The notes under the pieces are model-generated. The model was not told where the DNA came from, ran no database searches, and saw only the letters and a program-made list of their open reading frames with translations. Positions 1-7,977 of a DNA stretch of 39,918 nucleotides are shown piece by piece (within the stretch, counting starts at the first letter, position 1; the number at the start of each line of letters is the position of its first letter). Position numbers and translations under genes: made by a program. The stretch is taken from positions 1 to 39,918 of the forward strand of contig JAFEGC010000001.1 of the NCBI GenBank assembly GCA_018240265.1, given 5' to 3'. Origin of the DNA: Pseudomonadota bacterium (GTDB lineage Bacteria; Pseudomonadota; Gammaproteobacteria; Steroidobacterales; Steroidobacteraceae).

Positions 1-51
1 CCTGCCAAATCGTCAGTTTAATCTATCATTTTGATCAGAAAATAGCGTATT

Positions 52-68
52 GATAGCGCTTTGCTATC
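52..68. promoter_or_regulatory. Candidate operator: perfect inverted repeat GATAGC-N5-GCTATC in the AT-rich leader upstream of the ocd-arginase operon
   Basis: Read directly: gatagc (52-57), gcttt, gctatc (63-68). Related half-sites are CTATCA at 23-28 and ATAGCG at 42-47. Positions 1-100 are visibly more AT-rich than the rest of the window. SD GGAGG at 114-118 sits 5 nt before ATG 124. Confidence 0.3.
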
Positions 69-123
69 TTCTTGTTAGCCGTGAATCCTCCGATCATAGG
101 CTCATCATCCGGGGGAGGCAGAC

Positions 124-1191
124 ATGGTCGATTACATCGGCGTGAGCGACGTGGCGCGCATCATTTCCAGCATGGGTGCCGGCGCTTTCATGGAAAGGCT
201 GGCGGGGGAGATCGAGGCTGATTACCGGCGCTGGAGCCAGTTCGAGAAGTCCGCGCGCCTGGCCAGCCACTCGCCGGTGGGCGTCATCGAGCTCATGCCC
301 ACCAGCGATGGCCGGCTGTATTCCTTCAAGTACGTCAACGGCCATCCCAAGAACACGGCGCAGGGCCTGCTCACCGTGACCGCGTTCGGCGTGCTGGCGG
401 ACGTGGACACAGGCTATCCGCTGCTGCTGTCCGAGCTCACCGTGACCACGGCGCTGCGCACGGCGGCCATGTCGGCGCTGGCGGCGAAGTGGCTGGCGCG
501 GCCCGGCTCACGCGTCATGGCACTGATCGGCAACGGCGCGCAGAGCGAATTCCAGGCCATCGCCTTTCACCGGATGCTCGGCATCCGCGAGCTCAAGCTG
601 TTCGATGTCGACGGCGCGGCCAGCGCCAAGCTGGAACACAACCTGCGCGCCCTGCCCGAGTTGTCCGACTTCGATATCGTGCGCACCGGCTCGACGCAGG
701 AGGCCTGCCGCGGCGCCGACATCATCACCACCGTGACCGCCGACAAGCGCAACGCCGTGATCCTCACCCCGCCGATGATCGCGCCGGGCACGCATGTGAA
801 CGCCGTCGGTGGCGACTGCCCCGGCAAGACCGAACTGCATGCCGACGTGCTGCGCATGCCGCAGGTGCGGGTGGTGGTGGAATACGAGCCGCAGTCGCGC
901 ATCGAGGGCGAGATCCAGCAGATGCCGGCGGATTATCCGGTCGTCGAATTCGCGGACATCTGCTGCGGACGCGCACCGGCGCGCACTTCGCCGGCGCAGA
1001 TCACCATTTTCGACTCGGTGGGCTTCGCGCTTGAGGATTACTCGGCGTTGCGTTTCCTGCATCTGCTGGCCTCGGAACAGCGCGACGCGTGCCGCCAGAT
1101 CGACCTGGTGCCGCGCCTGCCGGACCCGAAGGATCTATTCGGCGGCACGCTGGGCGGCGGCCGGCGCGCGCGGCTGCGCAAGGTATCTTGA
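124..1191 (+). CDS. ocd: Ornithine cyclodeaminase (mu-crystallin/OCD family)
   Basis: 355-aa ORF. The N-terminus carries family-typical strings (RRWSQFEKSAR...GVIELMP...YSFKYVNGHPKN). Rossmann-type segment ALIGNGAQSEFQ. SD GGAGG lies upstream. The stop is 2 nt before the arginase ATG. Confidence 0.9.
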   Translation: MVDYIGVSDVARIISSMGAGAFMERLAGEIEADYRRWSQFEKSARLASHSPVGVIELMPTSDGRLYSFKYVNGHPKNTAQGLLTVTAFGVLADVDTGYPLLLSELTVTTALRTAAMSALAAKWLARPGSRVMALIGNGAQSEFQAIAFHRMLGIRELKLFDVDGAASAKLEHNLRALPELSDFDIVRTGSTQEACRGADIITTVTADKRNAVILTPPMIAPGTHVNAVGGDCPGKTELHADVLRMPQVRVVVEYEPQSRIEGEIQQMPADYPVVEFADICCGRAPARTSPAQITIFDSVGFALEDYSALRFLHLLASEQRDACRQIDLVPRLPDPKDLFGGTLGGGRRARLRKVS

Positions 1192-1193
1192 TC

Positions 1194-2144
1194 ATGATCG
1201 AGCGGGTCAGCCTGATCGGCGCGCCCACCGACATCGGCGCCGGCATGCGCGGTGCGTCGATGGGTCCGGAGGCGTTGCGCGTCGCGGGCATCCGCGCCAC
1301 GCTCGAATCGCAGGGCGTGCTGGTGCTCGACCGCGGCGACGTCAAGGGTCCGGCCAACCCGGTGCTGCCGCCGGTGAACGGCTACCGGCATCTGCGCGAA
1401 GTCCAGGCCTGGTGCCAGGCCGCCCATGATGCCGTGTACGCCGAGCTGCGCGGCGGCCGGCTGCCGATCCTGCTGGGCGGCGATCACGCGCTCGCCATCG
1501 GTTCGATCAGCGCCGTGGCGCGGCACTGCCGCGACCGCGGGCTGCCGCTGCGCGTGCTGTGGCTGGACGCGCATGCCGATTTCAACACCAGCCAGCTCAC
1601 ACCCAGCGGCAACGTGCACGGCATGCCGGTATCCTGCCTATGTGGCTACGGTCCGCCGGAACTCACGCACATGAGCGACGCGATGCCCGCGATCGAACCG
1701 CACTCGATCCGCCAGATCGGCATCCGCAGCGTCGACCAGGGAGAGAAGCGTTTCGTGCACGAAGTGGGTCTGGAAGTGTTCGACATGCGTTACATCGACG
1801 AGGTGGGCATGCGGCGCACGCTGGAAGTGGCGCTGCAGGAGCTGCCGGACGATGCGCACCTGCACGTGAGCTTCGATGTCGATTTTCTCGACCCGGACAT
1901 CGCGCCCGGCGTGGGCACGACGGTGCCGGGCGGCCCGTCCTACCGCGAAGCGCAGCTGTGCATGGAAATGATCGCCGACACCGGCCGCATGGGCTCGCTG
2001 GACGTGATGGAATTGAACCCCGCGCTGGACCTGCGCAACCGCACCGCCGAAGTGGCCGTCGACCTGGTGGCCTCGTTGTTCGGCAAGAGCACGCTGATGC
2101 GCCGTGAAAACGGCATCGCGCACGACAAGCGCGACATCGCGTAG
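1194..2144 (+). CDS. rocF: Arginase (ureohydrolase family)
   Basis: The track ORF 1089-2144 contains an internal ATG at 1194 (MIERVSLIGAPTDIGAG...). Mn-binding ureohydrolase motifs are present: GGDHALAIG, DAHADFNT, SFDVDFLDP. The upstream 35 codons overlap ocd and look non-coding. Confidence 0.92.
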   Translation: MIERVSLIGAPTDIGAGMRGASMGPEALRVAGIRATLESQGVLVLDRGDVKGPANPVLPPVNGYRHLREVQAWCQAAHDAVYAELRGGRLPILLGGDHALAIGSISAVARHCRDRGLPLRVLWLDAHADFNTSQLTPSGNVHGMPVSCLCGYGPPELTHMSDAMPAIEPHSIRQIGIRSVDQGEKRFVHEVGLEVFDMRYIDEVGMRRTLEVALQELPDDAHLHVSFDVDFLDPDIAPGVGTTVPGGPSYREAQLCMEMIADTGRMGSLDVMELNPALDLRNRTAEVAVDLVASLFGKSTLMRRENGIAHDKRDIA

Positions 2145-2239
2145 CTTCCGCCGCGAGCTTTAAGCGGCAGGTCGCGTAAAGGCCCGCGCACGCGTCGGGC
2201 AGCCCGCAGCGGCGGACCGCCCGGTCGCGGCGCGATCCA

Positions 2240-4195
2240 TCAATCGCTGGTCTGGGTACCCGTGTAGTAGGTAATCACATAAGCCCGTATGCTGCCGTCG
2301 GCCTGCGGCACGCCATACACCTTGACCTGCGCTCCGCTGACCAGGTTTGCGGTCAGCGCATTCAGGCCGGCCGCCGCGGTCAGATCCTCGGGGCTCACGC
2401 TGACCACACCGCCGGTGCGGTCCACCTGATAAGCAAGCGTCGCGGAGCCGCTCGCGGTCGATACCATTACCGGGATCGCCATCACCCCGCCATTCACCGT
2501 CATGGTGAAGGAACCGTTGGCGAAGCCGTTCGCCACCGTTCCCAGCGGCAGGCGCGTCGGCATCAGCACCGAGTTGGCCGCAACCCAATCGTTGTTGGCC
2601 GAATCCCAGCGCGCGAACGTCGCACCCCAGGGCGTTAGCGTGCCCACCGTGCCGCCGGCATTCACGCTGCCGTTGGCGATGTTGACGAAGTCGCCGATGG
2701 CGGCGGCGCCGGTGTGCAACTCGCTGGGATAGGCAAAATTCCACCACTTGAATCCGCTCACATCGTTGCCCTGCGCATCCACGCCGTTGGACTCGGTCGA
2801 GGCCAGATAGCCGAGACGATAGGTGTAGTCGTCGCCAGCGGTGCGAAACTGTCGCGTCTGCACGAACCCTGCGTCATCGGTCAGACCGATGCGACCGTCA
2901 TAGGTCGCAGTCTCGATATCCACAGCCTGCGCCACCAAGTGGGCTGCCAACGGATCGACTACGCTGACATGCACCTTAAAGCCGCGCACCAGCCGCTGGC
3001 TGGCGAGAAAACTCGCACCGGTGGCAATCGGCGTGGCATCCGACAGCGCGTCCTGCGGAGCGCGAAAAAAGAACTGGGTGTTGTCGTCGATACCAAGCGT
3101 GACGGGACGACCCGTCTCGTCGGTCACCTCGATGAGCGAACCGCCCGCATTTACGTGAAGCACGTGGCCCTCCGGGCTCAGCCACACCGAATTGAAGCTG
3201 GCCGAGGTCCAGATGCGCGTAGCCACCAGCGTACCATCTTGCTGATAGCGCGCGGCAACACGTACGTACTTGCCGGTGAGTGTGGCGCTCTGCGCCGCAA
3301 AGTCCTTGATCAACGCGCGGGTCCGGGCATCGACGTCATAGAACCAGCTACCGTTGATGGCATCGGCTTGGATGGTCAACGTCTTGCCGGTATCCACCGC
3401 GGTTTCTGGATTGCTCACCGGCCGCTGCGCCAGGAGCTTGTCGATGCTGATCGAGGCGTTGTCGGTTGCCACTGCGTTCACCTTGCCGTAGGTGTGGCGC
3501 AGCACAAGCCCGCGCAGGTCGCGCACCGGGCGGTGCCGAACGGAGCCGTCGAAACGCACGGCCCAGAGGGTATTGCCCGATCCCACCGGACGGTGACCGA
3601 CGATGAAGGCCGGATGCGCCAGATCCACTTCCAGATCCAGCGCGCCGTTGCCCGATGCGCTCACCACCCACGGCGAATCGAATCCGATGTGCGCCGCGGT
3701 CCACATGCCGGGCGCACTGCCCTGCGCATCCTGGATCTGGATCTGTTCGGGCGGGATGGTGACGCCGGGCGTACCGTCGAAGCCGGCTTGCGGATCCTGC
3801 GCCACGGTCAGTGTCACATCGCCCGCGTTGGCGGCCAGGGTCAGTTTCGCACCGGTGTAAGTGCCCTGCGGCACGCTGATTTGCCCGAGCAACTCGCCGA
3901 TCTGGTCGAGTTCGGCCAGATTCACCACCGGTGCCGGGGATTCGGCCGTGAACACCCGCACCGCATCACCGCCGCCCTGCGGTAGCAGATCCACAGCGAG
4001 CACCTTCACGCCGATCACGCTCCAGTCCTCGCTCGAAGCATCGCTGAGAATCAGCGGCACCTGCACCGGTGCCGTGGTAGTCACCGAAGGCGAAATCTGG
4101 GCCGAACCCGTTCCGCCACCTCCGCCGCCACAGGCGGTCAGCAGCACGGTGAGCGCGCCGGCGGACAGGAGAGATATCGACGATGTTGGCTTCAT
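2240..4195 (-). CDS. Large lipoprotein; N-terminal DUF4382-like domain, remainder uncharacterised
   Basis: Internal ATG at 4195 is preceded by GGAG 6 nt upstream. Signal peptide plus lipobox: MKPTSSISLLSAGALTVLLTAC followed by GGGGGG. The segment VPLILSDASSEDWSVIGVKVLAVDLL...VNLAELDQ...VPQGTYTGAKLTL matches my memory of the DUF4382 pattern. The remaining ~500 aa gave no recognisable motif. Confidence 0.8.
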   Translation of the reverse strand: MKPTSSISLLSAGALTVLLTACGGGGGGTGSAQISPSVTTTAPVQVPLILSDASSEDWSVIGVKVLAVDLLPQGGGDAVRVFTAESPAPVVNLAELDQIGELLGQISVPQGTYTGAKLTLAANAGDVTLTVAQDPQAGFDGTPGVTIPPEQIQIQDAQGSAPGMWTAAHIGFDSPWVVSASGNGALDLEVDLAHPAFIVGHRPVGSGNTLWAVRFDGSVRHRPVRDLRGLVLRHTYGKVNAVATDNASISIDKLLAQRPVSNPETAVDTGKTLTIQADAINGSWFYDVDARTRALIKDFAAQSATLTGKYVRVAARYQQDGTLVATRIWTSASFNSVWLSPEGHVLHVNAGGSLIEVTDETGRPVTLGIDDNTQFFFRAPQDALSDATPIATGASFLASQRLVRGFKVHVSVVDPLAAHLVAQAVDIETATYDGRIGLTDDAGFVQTRQFRTAGDDYTYRLGYLASTESNGVDAQGNDVSGFKWWNFAYPSELHTGAAAIGDFVNIANGSVNAGGTVGTLTPWGATFARWDSANNDWVAANSVLMPTRLPLGTVANGFANGSFTMTVNGGVMAIPVMVSTASGSATLAYQVDRTGGVVSVSPEDLTAAAGLNALTANLVSGAQVKVYGVPQADGSIRAYVITYYTGTQTSD

Positions 4196-4437
4196 GACAG
4201 GCTCCGTTGGTTGACACGACCCGTAAGGCACACGCGCCTTTGCATCGGGCAATGCCGGATCAAACGGGTCATGCCGTCGAACGTTGACCACGGTTGTACC
4301 ACCGTCGCCATCCGCCGACGCCGGCGGTGGTCGCAAGTCGCAAAGTGTGCGTCCCGCACGCCCCGCTTGTGGTTATCATTCCTGCCCGCGCGCGGCCTTG
4401 TGGCGGTGCGCATTGACCATAATCATCGAGGCGACAC

Positions 4438-5661
4438 ATGGGCCCATTGGCGGGCGTGAAAATTCTGGATCTGAGCCGCGTGCTCGCGGGACCGTGGGCC
4501 ACGCAATGCCTGGCGGACTTCGGTGCCACGGTGTGGAAAATCGAAAAACCTGGGAGCGGCGATGACACACGCCAGTGGGGCCCGCCCTGGCTCAACGATC
4601 GTTGCGGGCGCGCCAGCGGCGAGTCCGCCTACTACCTGAGCGCCAATCGCGGCAAGCAGTCAGTCGCCATCGACATCAGTCAGCCGCGCGGGCAGGCGCT
4701 GATCAAGGTGCTGGCGCAACGGGTCGACGTGCTGGTGGAAAACTTCAAGGTGGGAGGGCTCGCGAAATACGGGCTGGACTACGCCTCGTTGCAGCCGCTC
4801 AATCAGAGCCTCATCTACTGCTCCATCTCGGCGTTCGGACAGGATGGACCGGAGGCCGCCGGCGCCGGATATGACGCCATGATGCAGGGCAAGGGCGGAC
4901 TCATGAGCCTCACCGGCAATCCCGAGGATGAGCCGGGCGGCTCGCCGCAGAAAGTGGGCGTGGCGGTGTGCGACCTGATGACCGGCATGTACGCCGTGGC
5001 CGCCATCCTCGGCGCGCTGTACGAGCGGCGCGGTTCGGGGCTGGGCCAGCACATCGATCTGGCGTTGCTCGACACGCAGGTGGCGATGCTCGCCAACCAG
5101 AACATGAACTTCCTGCTGTCGGGACAATCACCCAAACGCATGGGCACGGCGCATCCCAATCTCGTGCCCTACCAGGCGGTGCGGGCGCAGGACGGAGACT
5201 TCATGCTGGCGGTGGGCAACGATCGGCAGTTCGCCGACTTCTGCCGCGTGGCGGGGCAGGAGGCGGCGGCGAGCGACGTGCGCTACGCCACCAATTCGGC
5301 GCGCATCGCCCATCGCCGCGAACTGGTCGAGGACATCGGCCGCTGGTGTGGCGCGCACCCGCGCGCCTGGTGGCTGGAACAGCTCGGCCGCGCCCATGTC
5401 CCCTGCGGCCCCATCAACGATCTGGCAGCCGTGTTCGAGGAACCGCAGGTCAAGCACCGGCGCATGCGTCTGGATCTGCCGCACCCGCTGTCGGGCTCGG
5501 TACCGCAGGTGCGCAATCCCGTGCTGTACTCGCGCACCACACTCGACTATGGCGCGGCGCCACCGCTGCTCGGACAGCAGACGGCGCAGGTACTGGCGGC
5601 GCAGACCGGGTCGAGTCCGGAGCAACTGGCCGAACTACGAGCGCTGGGAGTGATCGGCTGA
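4438..5661 (+). CDS. Family III CoA-transferase (CaiB/BaiF type)
   Basis: N-terminus MGPLAGVKILDLSRVLAGPWATQCLADFGATVWKIE is the hallmark of family III CoA-transferases. GAGG SD lies 8 nt upstream of the ATG. Confidence 0.9.
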   Translation: MGPLAGVKILDLSRVLAGPWATQCLADFGATVWKIEKPGSGDDTRQWGPPWLNDRCGRASGESAYYLSANRGKQSVAIDISQPRGQALIKVLAQRVDVLVENFKVGGLAKYGLDYASLQPLNQSLIYCSISAFGQDGPEAAGAGYDAMMQGKGGLMSLTGNPEDEPGGSPQKVGVAVCDLMTGMYAVAAILGALYERRGSGLGQHIDLALLDTQVAMLANQNMNFLLSGQSPKRMGTAHPNLVPYQAVRAQDGDFMLAVGNDRQFADFCRVAGQEAAASDVRYATNSARIAHRRELVEDIGRWCGAHPRAWWLEQLGRAHVPCGPINDLAAVFEEPQVKHRRMRLDLPHPLSGSVPQVRNPVLYSRTTLDYGAAPPLLGQQTAQVLAAQTGSSPEQLAELRALGVIG

Positions 5662-6000
5662 GGAGCGGCGCGCCGTCTTGCGCGGTGCGTGCGCTGACTT
5701 CGGTTTGTCGGGCGCGGCGTATGCTGCGGCGGGTTCGGCGACCGCGGCGACTTTTGCCAGGGGACCCGTCATCGGGCCGGCCGGCATCGGTTCCGCGCTC
5801 TTACGTTCCATCACGCTGCGCAGATTGGCATCGACGCGCTCGCGCTTCTTGAACTCGGCGATTTCCTCACGATCCACCGCCACGTCCGGCGGCACCACGA
5901 ACCCCAGCCGCACCGAACCGCCGCGGATGCGCTGCACCGACACGACGATGTGCTCGCCGATGCGCAACTTCTGGCCGGCGCGCCGTGTGAACCCTTGCAT
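5635..6000 (-). CDS. CsrA/RsmA-family RNA-binding protein paralog with ~60-aa C-terminal extension
   Basis: The core MQGFTRRAGQKLRIGEHIVVSVQRIRGGSVRLGFVVPPDVAVDREEI aligns by eye to E. coli CsrA ([47 protein letters not shown]). The start is uncertain. ATG 6000 has no clear SD. The track ORF instead begins at GTG 6102, which overlaps the stop of the upstream OYE gene (GTGA). The 3' end overlaps the convergent CoA-transferase by 27 nt. Confidence 0.7.
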   Translation of the reverse strand: MQGFTRRAGQKLRIGEHIVVSVQRIRGGSVRLGFVVPPDVAVDREEIAEFKKRERVDANLRSVMERKSAEPMPAGPMTGPLAKVAAVAEPAAAYAAPDKPKSAHAPRKTARRSSADHSQRS

Positions 6001-6098
6001 GCCGGCAAAGCTAACATGCGACTGCTCGTCCAAGCTACCGCGCGCACTACCCGCCCCACCGGAGTGAGACAGGCCGCGTGCGCCGAAGGTCGCGGCGT

Positions 6099-7547
6099 TC
6101 ACGGCGGCACCAGCCGCCGCTTGCCGTCCTTGGTCAGCATAAGCCCGGGCTCATCCAGCGCATCGCGATCCCACAGCTCGCAGGTCACTTCGCGATGCCG
6201 CTGATCCAGCGCTTCGCAATAATTCGTGTACTTGCACACCCGCACCGTGCCGCCCTGCCCGTCGCGCACCTTGCTAAACCAATCCGGGTCGGCCAGCGCC
6301 GCCCGCGCCAAGGCGATGATGTCGGCCTCACCACGCTCCAGGCTCGCTTCCGCCTGACTGAAGTGATGCACGCCGCCAGCCAGCACCGTCGGCGTGACGA
6401 GGCCCGCCGCACGGATCGCGTGCCGGATGCGCGTGGCCGGTTCGCGGTTACGGCCGAAGGGGCCGCGCGCATCCGAGTAGTACGAGGGCATGCACTCATA
6501 GCCGCTGCGGCCGGTATAGGGATATGCCGCCTCGCCCACCTTGGGTTGCGCGGCATCCTCGAACTTTCCGCCGCGCGACAGCGAGATAAAGTCCATGCCG
6601 GCGCCAGCCAGGCGCGCGGCGAAATACTCGGCATCCTCCACCGTGTTGCCGTCCTCGATGCATTCTTCCGCCAGCATGCGGCAGCCCACCGCGATGCGCG
6701 AACCGACCGCCGCGCGCACCGCCGCCAGCACTTCCAGCGGCAGCCGCACGCGCGCCTCGCGCTCACCGCCGTAGCCATCGTCGCGCGTATTGCGCGCCGA
6801 CAGGAACGAGGCCATGGTGTAGGCGTGCGCATAGTGCAGTTCCACGCCATCGAAACCGGCCTGCGCGGCGCGCTGCGCGGCTGCGGCGAAAATGCCGGGC
6901 AGGGTCTGCGGCAGATCGCGGATCGCCGGCACGTGCAGGTCGGTGACACGTTCGCGAAAGCCGTGTTGCAGCGATTCCCAATCGCGCGGGCTCAACGCCT
7001 GCCGCAACTCGTCGTCGGTGAGTGCGGCCAGGCGCTCGCGCACCAGCGCCTCGGGCGCATCGGCCGGCAGACGCAGATGGTCTCGATGCGAGGCCTCGAT
7101 GCGCAGATGTTGGCCGAGAAACTTCTCGCGCGATGGCCGGCGCCGGATGCCCAGGAAATCGATGATCTGGATGAACAGTCGCGTCTGGCCGCCGCTGGCT
7201 CGGCGCACCGTTTCCACCAGGCTCGCAAGTCCCGGCACGAAGCGGTCATGGCCGATGCGCAGCAGCGGACCGCTGGGCACGTCGCGCACTCCCGTGGCCT
7301 CGACCACCAGCACGCCGGGCCGGCCGCGCGCGAAGCGCTCGTACCATTGCAACACCGCGGGCGTGACCTCGCCTTCCTCGGATGCCCGCCACGGCACCAT
7401 GGCTGGCACCCAGGTGCGCGAGGTCAGCCTCACCGGTCCGACATCGACCGGTGAGAACAACCGCGAGCGCTGCGCCACCGCCGCATCGGGCCAGGGTTCG
7501 CAGATCGGCGCGTACTTGATACGCTCAGGTGGACGCCAGGTTGCCAT
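6099..7547 (-). CDS. NADH:flavin oxidoreductase, Old Yellow Enzyme family
   Basis: 482-aa ORF with OYE-type strings (GFDGVELHYAHAYTMASFLSARNTRDDGYGGEREARVRLPLEVL). C-terminal Cys triad CKYTNYCEALDQRHREVTC. The start overlaps the RidA 3' end by 23 nt. Confidence 0.88.
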   Translation of the reverse strand: MATWRPPERIKYAPICEPWPDAAVAQRSRLFSPVDVGPVRLTSRTWVPAMVPWRASEEGEVTPAVLQWYERFARGRPGVLVVEATGVRDVPSGPLLRIGHDRFVPGLASLVETVRRASGGQTRLFIQIIDFLGIRRRPSREKFLGQHLRIEASHRDHLRLPADAPEALVRERLAALTDDELRQALSPRDWESLQHGFRERVTDLHVPAIRDLPQTLPGIFAAAAQRAAQAGFDGVELHYAHAYTMASFLSARNTRDDGYGGEREARVRLPLEVLAAVRAAVGSRIAVGCRMLAEECIEDGNTVEDAEYFAARLAGAGMDFISLSRGGKFEDAAQPKVGEAAYPYTGRSGYECMPSYYSDARGPFGRNREPATRIRHAIRAAGLVTPTVLAGGVHHFSQAEASLERGEADIIALARAALADPDWFSKVRDGQGGTVRVCKYTNYCEALDQRHREVTCELWDRDALDEPGLMLTKDGKRRLVPP

Positions 7548-7977
7548 GGGTGGGTAGCTTCACGGTTGCTTCAGAAACTTCGTCGGGGATCACTGCGGTG
7601 GCCTCGATTTCCACCAGCGCGTCTTTTTCCATGAGTCCGGCCACCTGCACCACCGACATGGTGGGAAAATTCTTGCCCATCACCGAACGATAGGCGGCGC
7701 CGATGGCTTGGATTTCCTGATGATACGCGTCGCGGCTGACCACGAACCAGGTCAGGCGCACGATGTGCTCCGGCCGGCCGCCGGCGCCTTCCAGCACGGC
7801 GGCAATGTTGAGCAGCGCCTGGTGCACCTGCCCGGCCAGCGTGCTTTGCACGAAATTGCCCTGCGCATCCCAGCCAATCTGGCCGGCGATGTAGATGGTG
7901 CGGCCACGCGCGGCGATGCCGTTGGCGTAACCTTTGGGCCGCGGCCAGTTCGCAGGCTGCAGAATCTCATGGGTCAT
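7525..7977 (-). CDS. ridA: RidA/YjgF-family enamine/imine deaminase
   Basis: 150 aa. YjgF/RidA-type sequence: [18 protein letters not shown]...[18 protein letters not shown]...VEIEATAV. Its ATG overlaps the stop of the acyl-CoA dehydrogenase (ATGA at 7974-7977). Confidence 0.9.
   Translation of the reverse strand: MTHEILQPANWPRPKGYANGIAARGRTIYIAGQIGWDAQGNFVQSTLAGQVHQALLNIAAVLEGAGGRPEHIVRLTWFVVSRDAYHQEIQAIGAAYRSVMGKNFPTMSVVQVAGLMEKDALVEIEATAVIPDEVSEATVKLPTHGNLAST

Noticed and set aside
2145-2239. Possible bidirectional terminator between the convergent arginase and lipoprotein genes.
   Set aside because: Only short imperfect GC stems with 2-4 nt loops (for example GACCG-CC-CGGTC) are present, and there is no U/A tract. 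This is not convincing.
6078-7454. 458-aa + strand ORF opposite the OYE gene. Similar long antisense or alternative-frame ORFs are 2714-3985 (+), 4968-5852 (+), 8334-9281 (+), 9011-10216 (+), 11226-13106 (+), 18313-19551 (+), 19536-20762 (+), 22936-24015 (-), 24982-26055 (-), 27403-28338 (+), 32211-33212 (-) and 35948-37156 (+).
   Set aside because: All are extremely Arg/Ala/Gly/Pro/His-rich, as expected for wrong-frame translation of GC-rich DNA. Each completely overlaps an ORF with clear family motifs on the other strand or frame, and none shows a recognisable domain.
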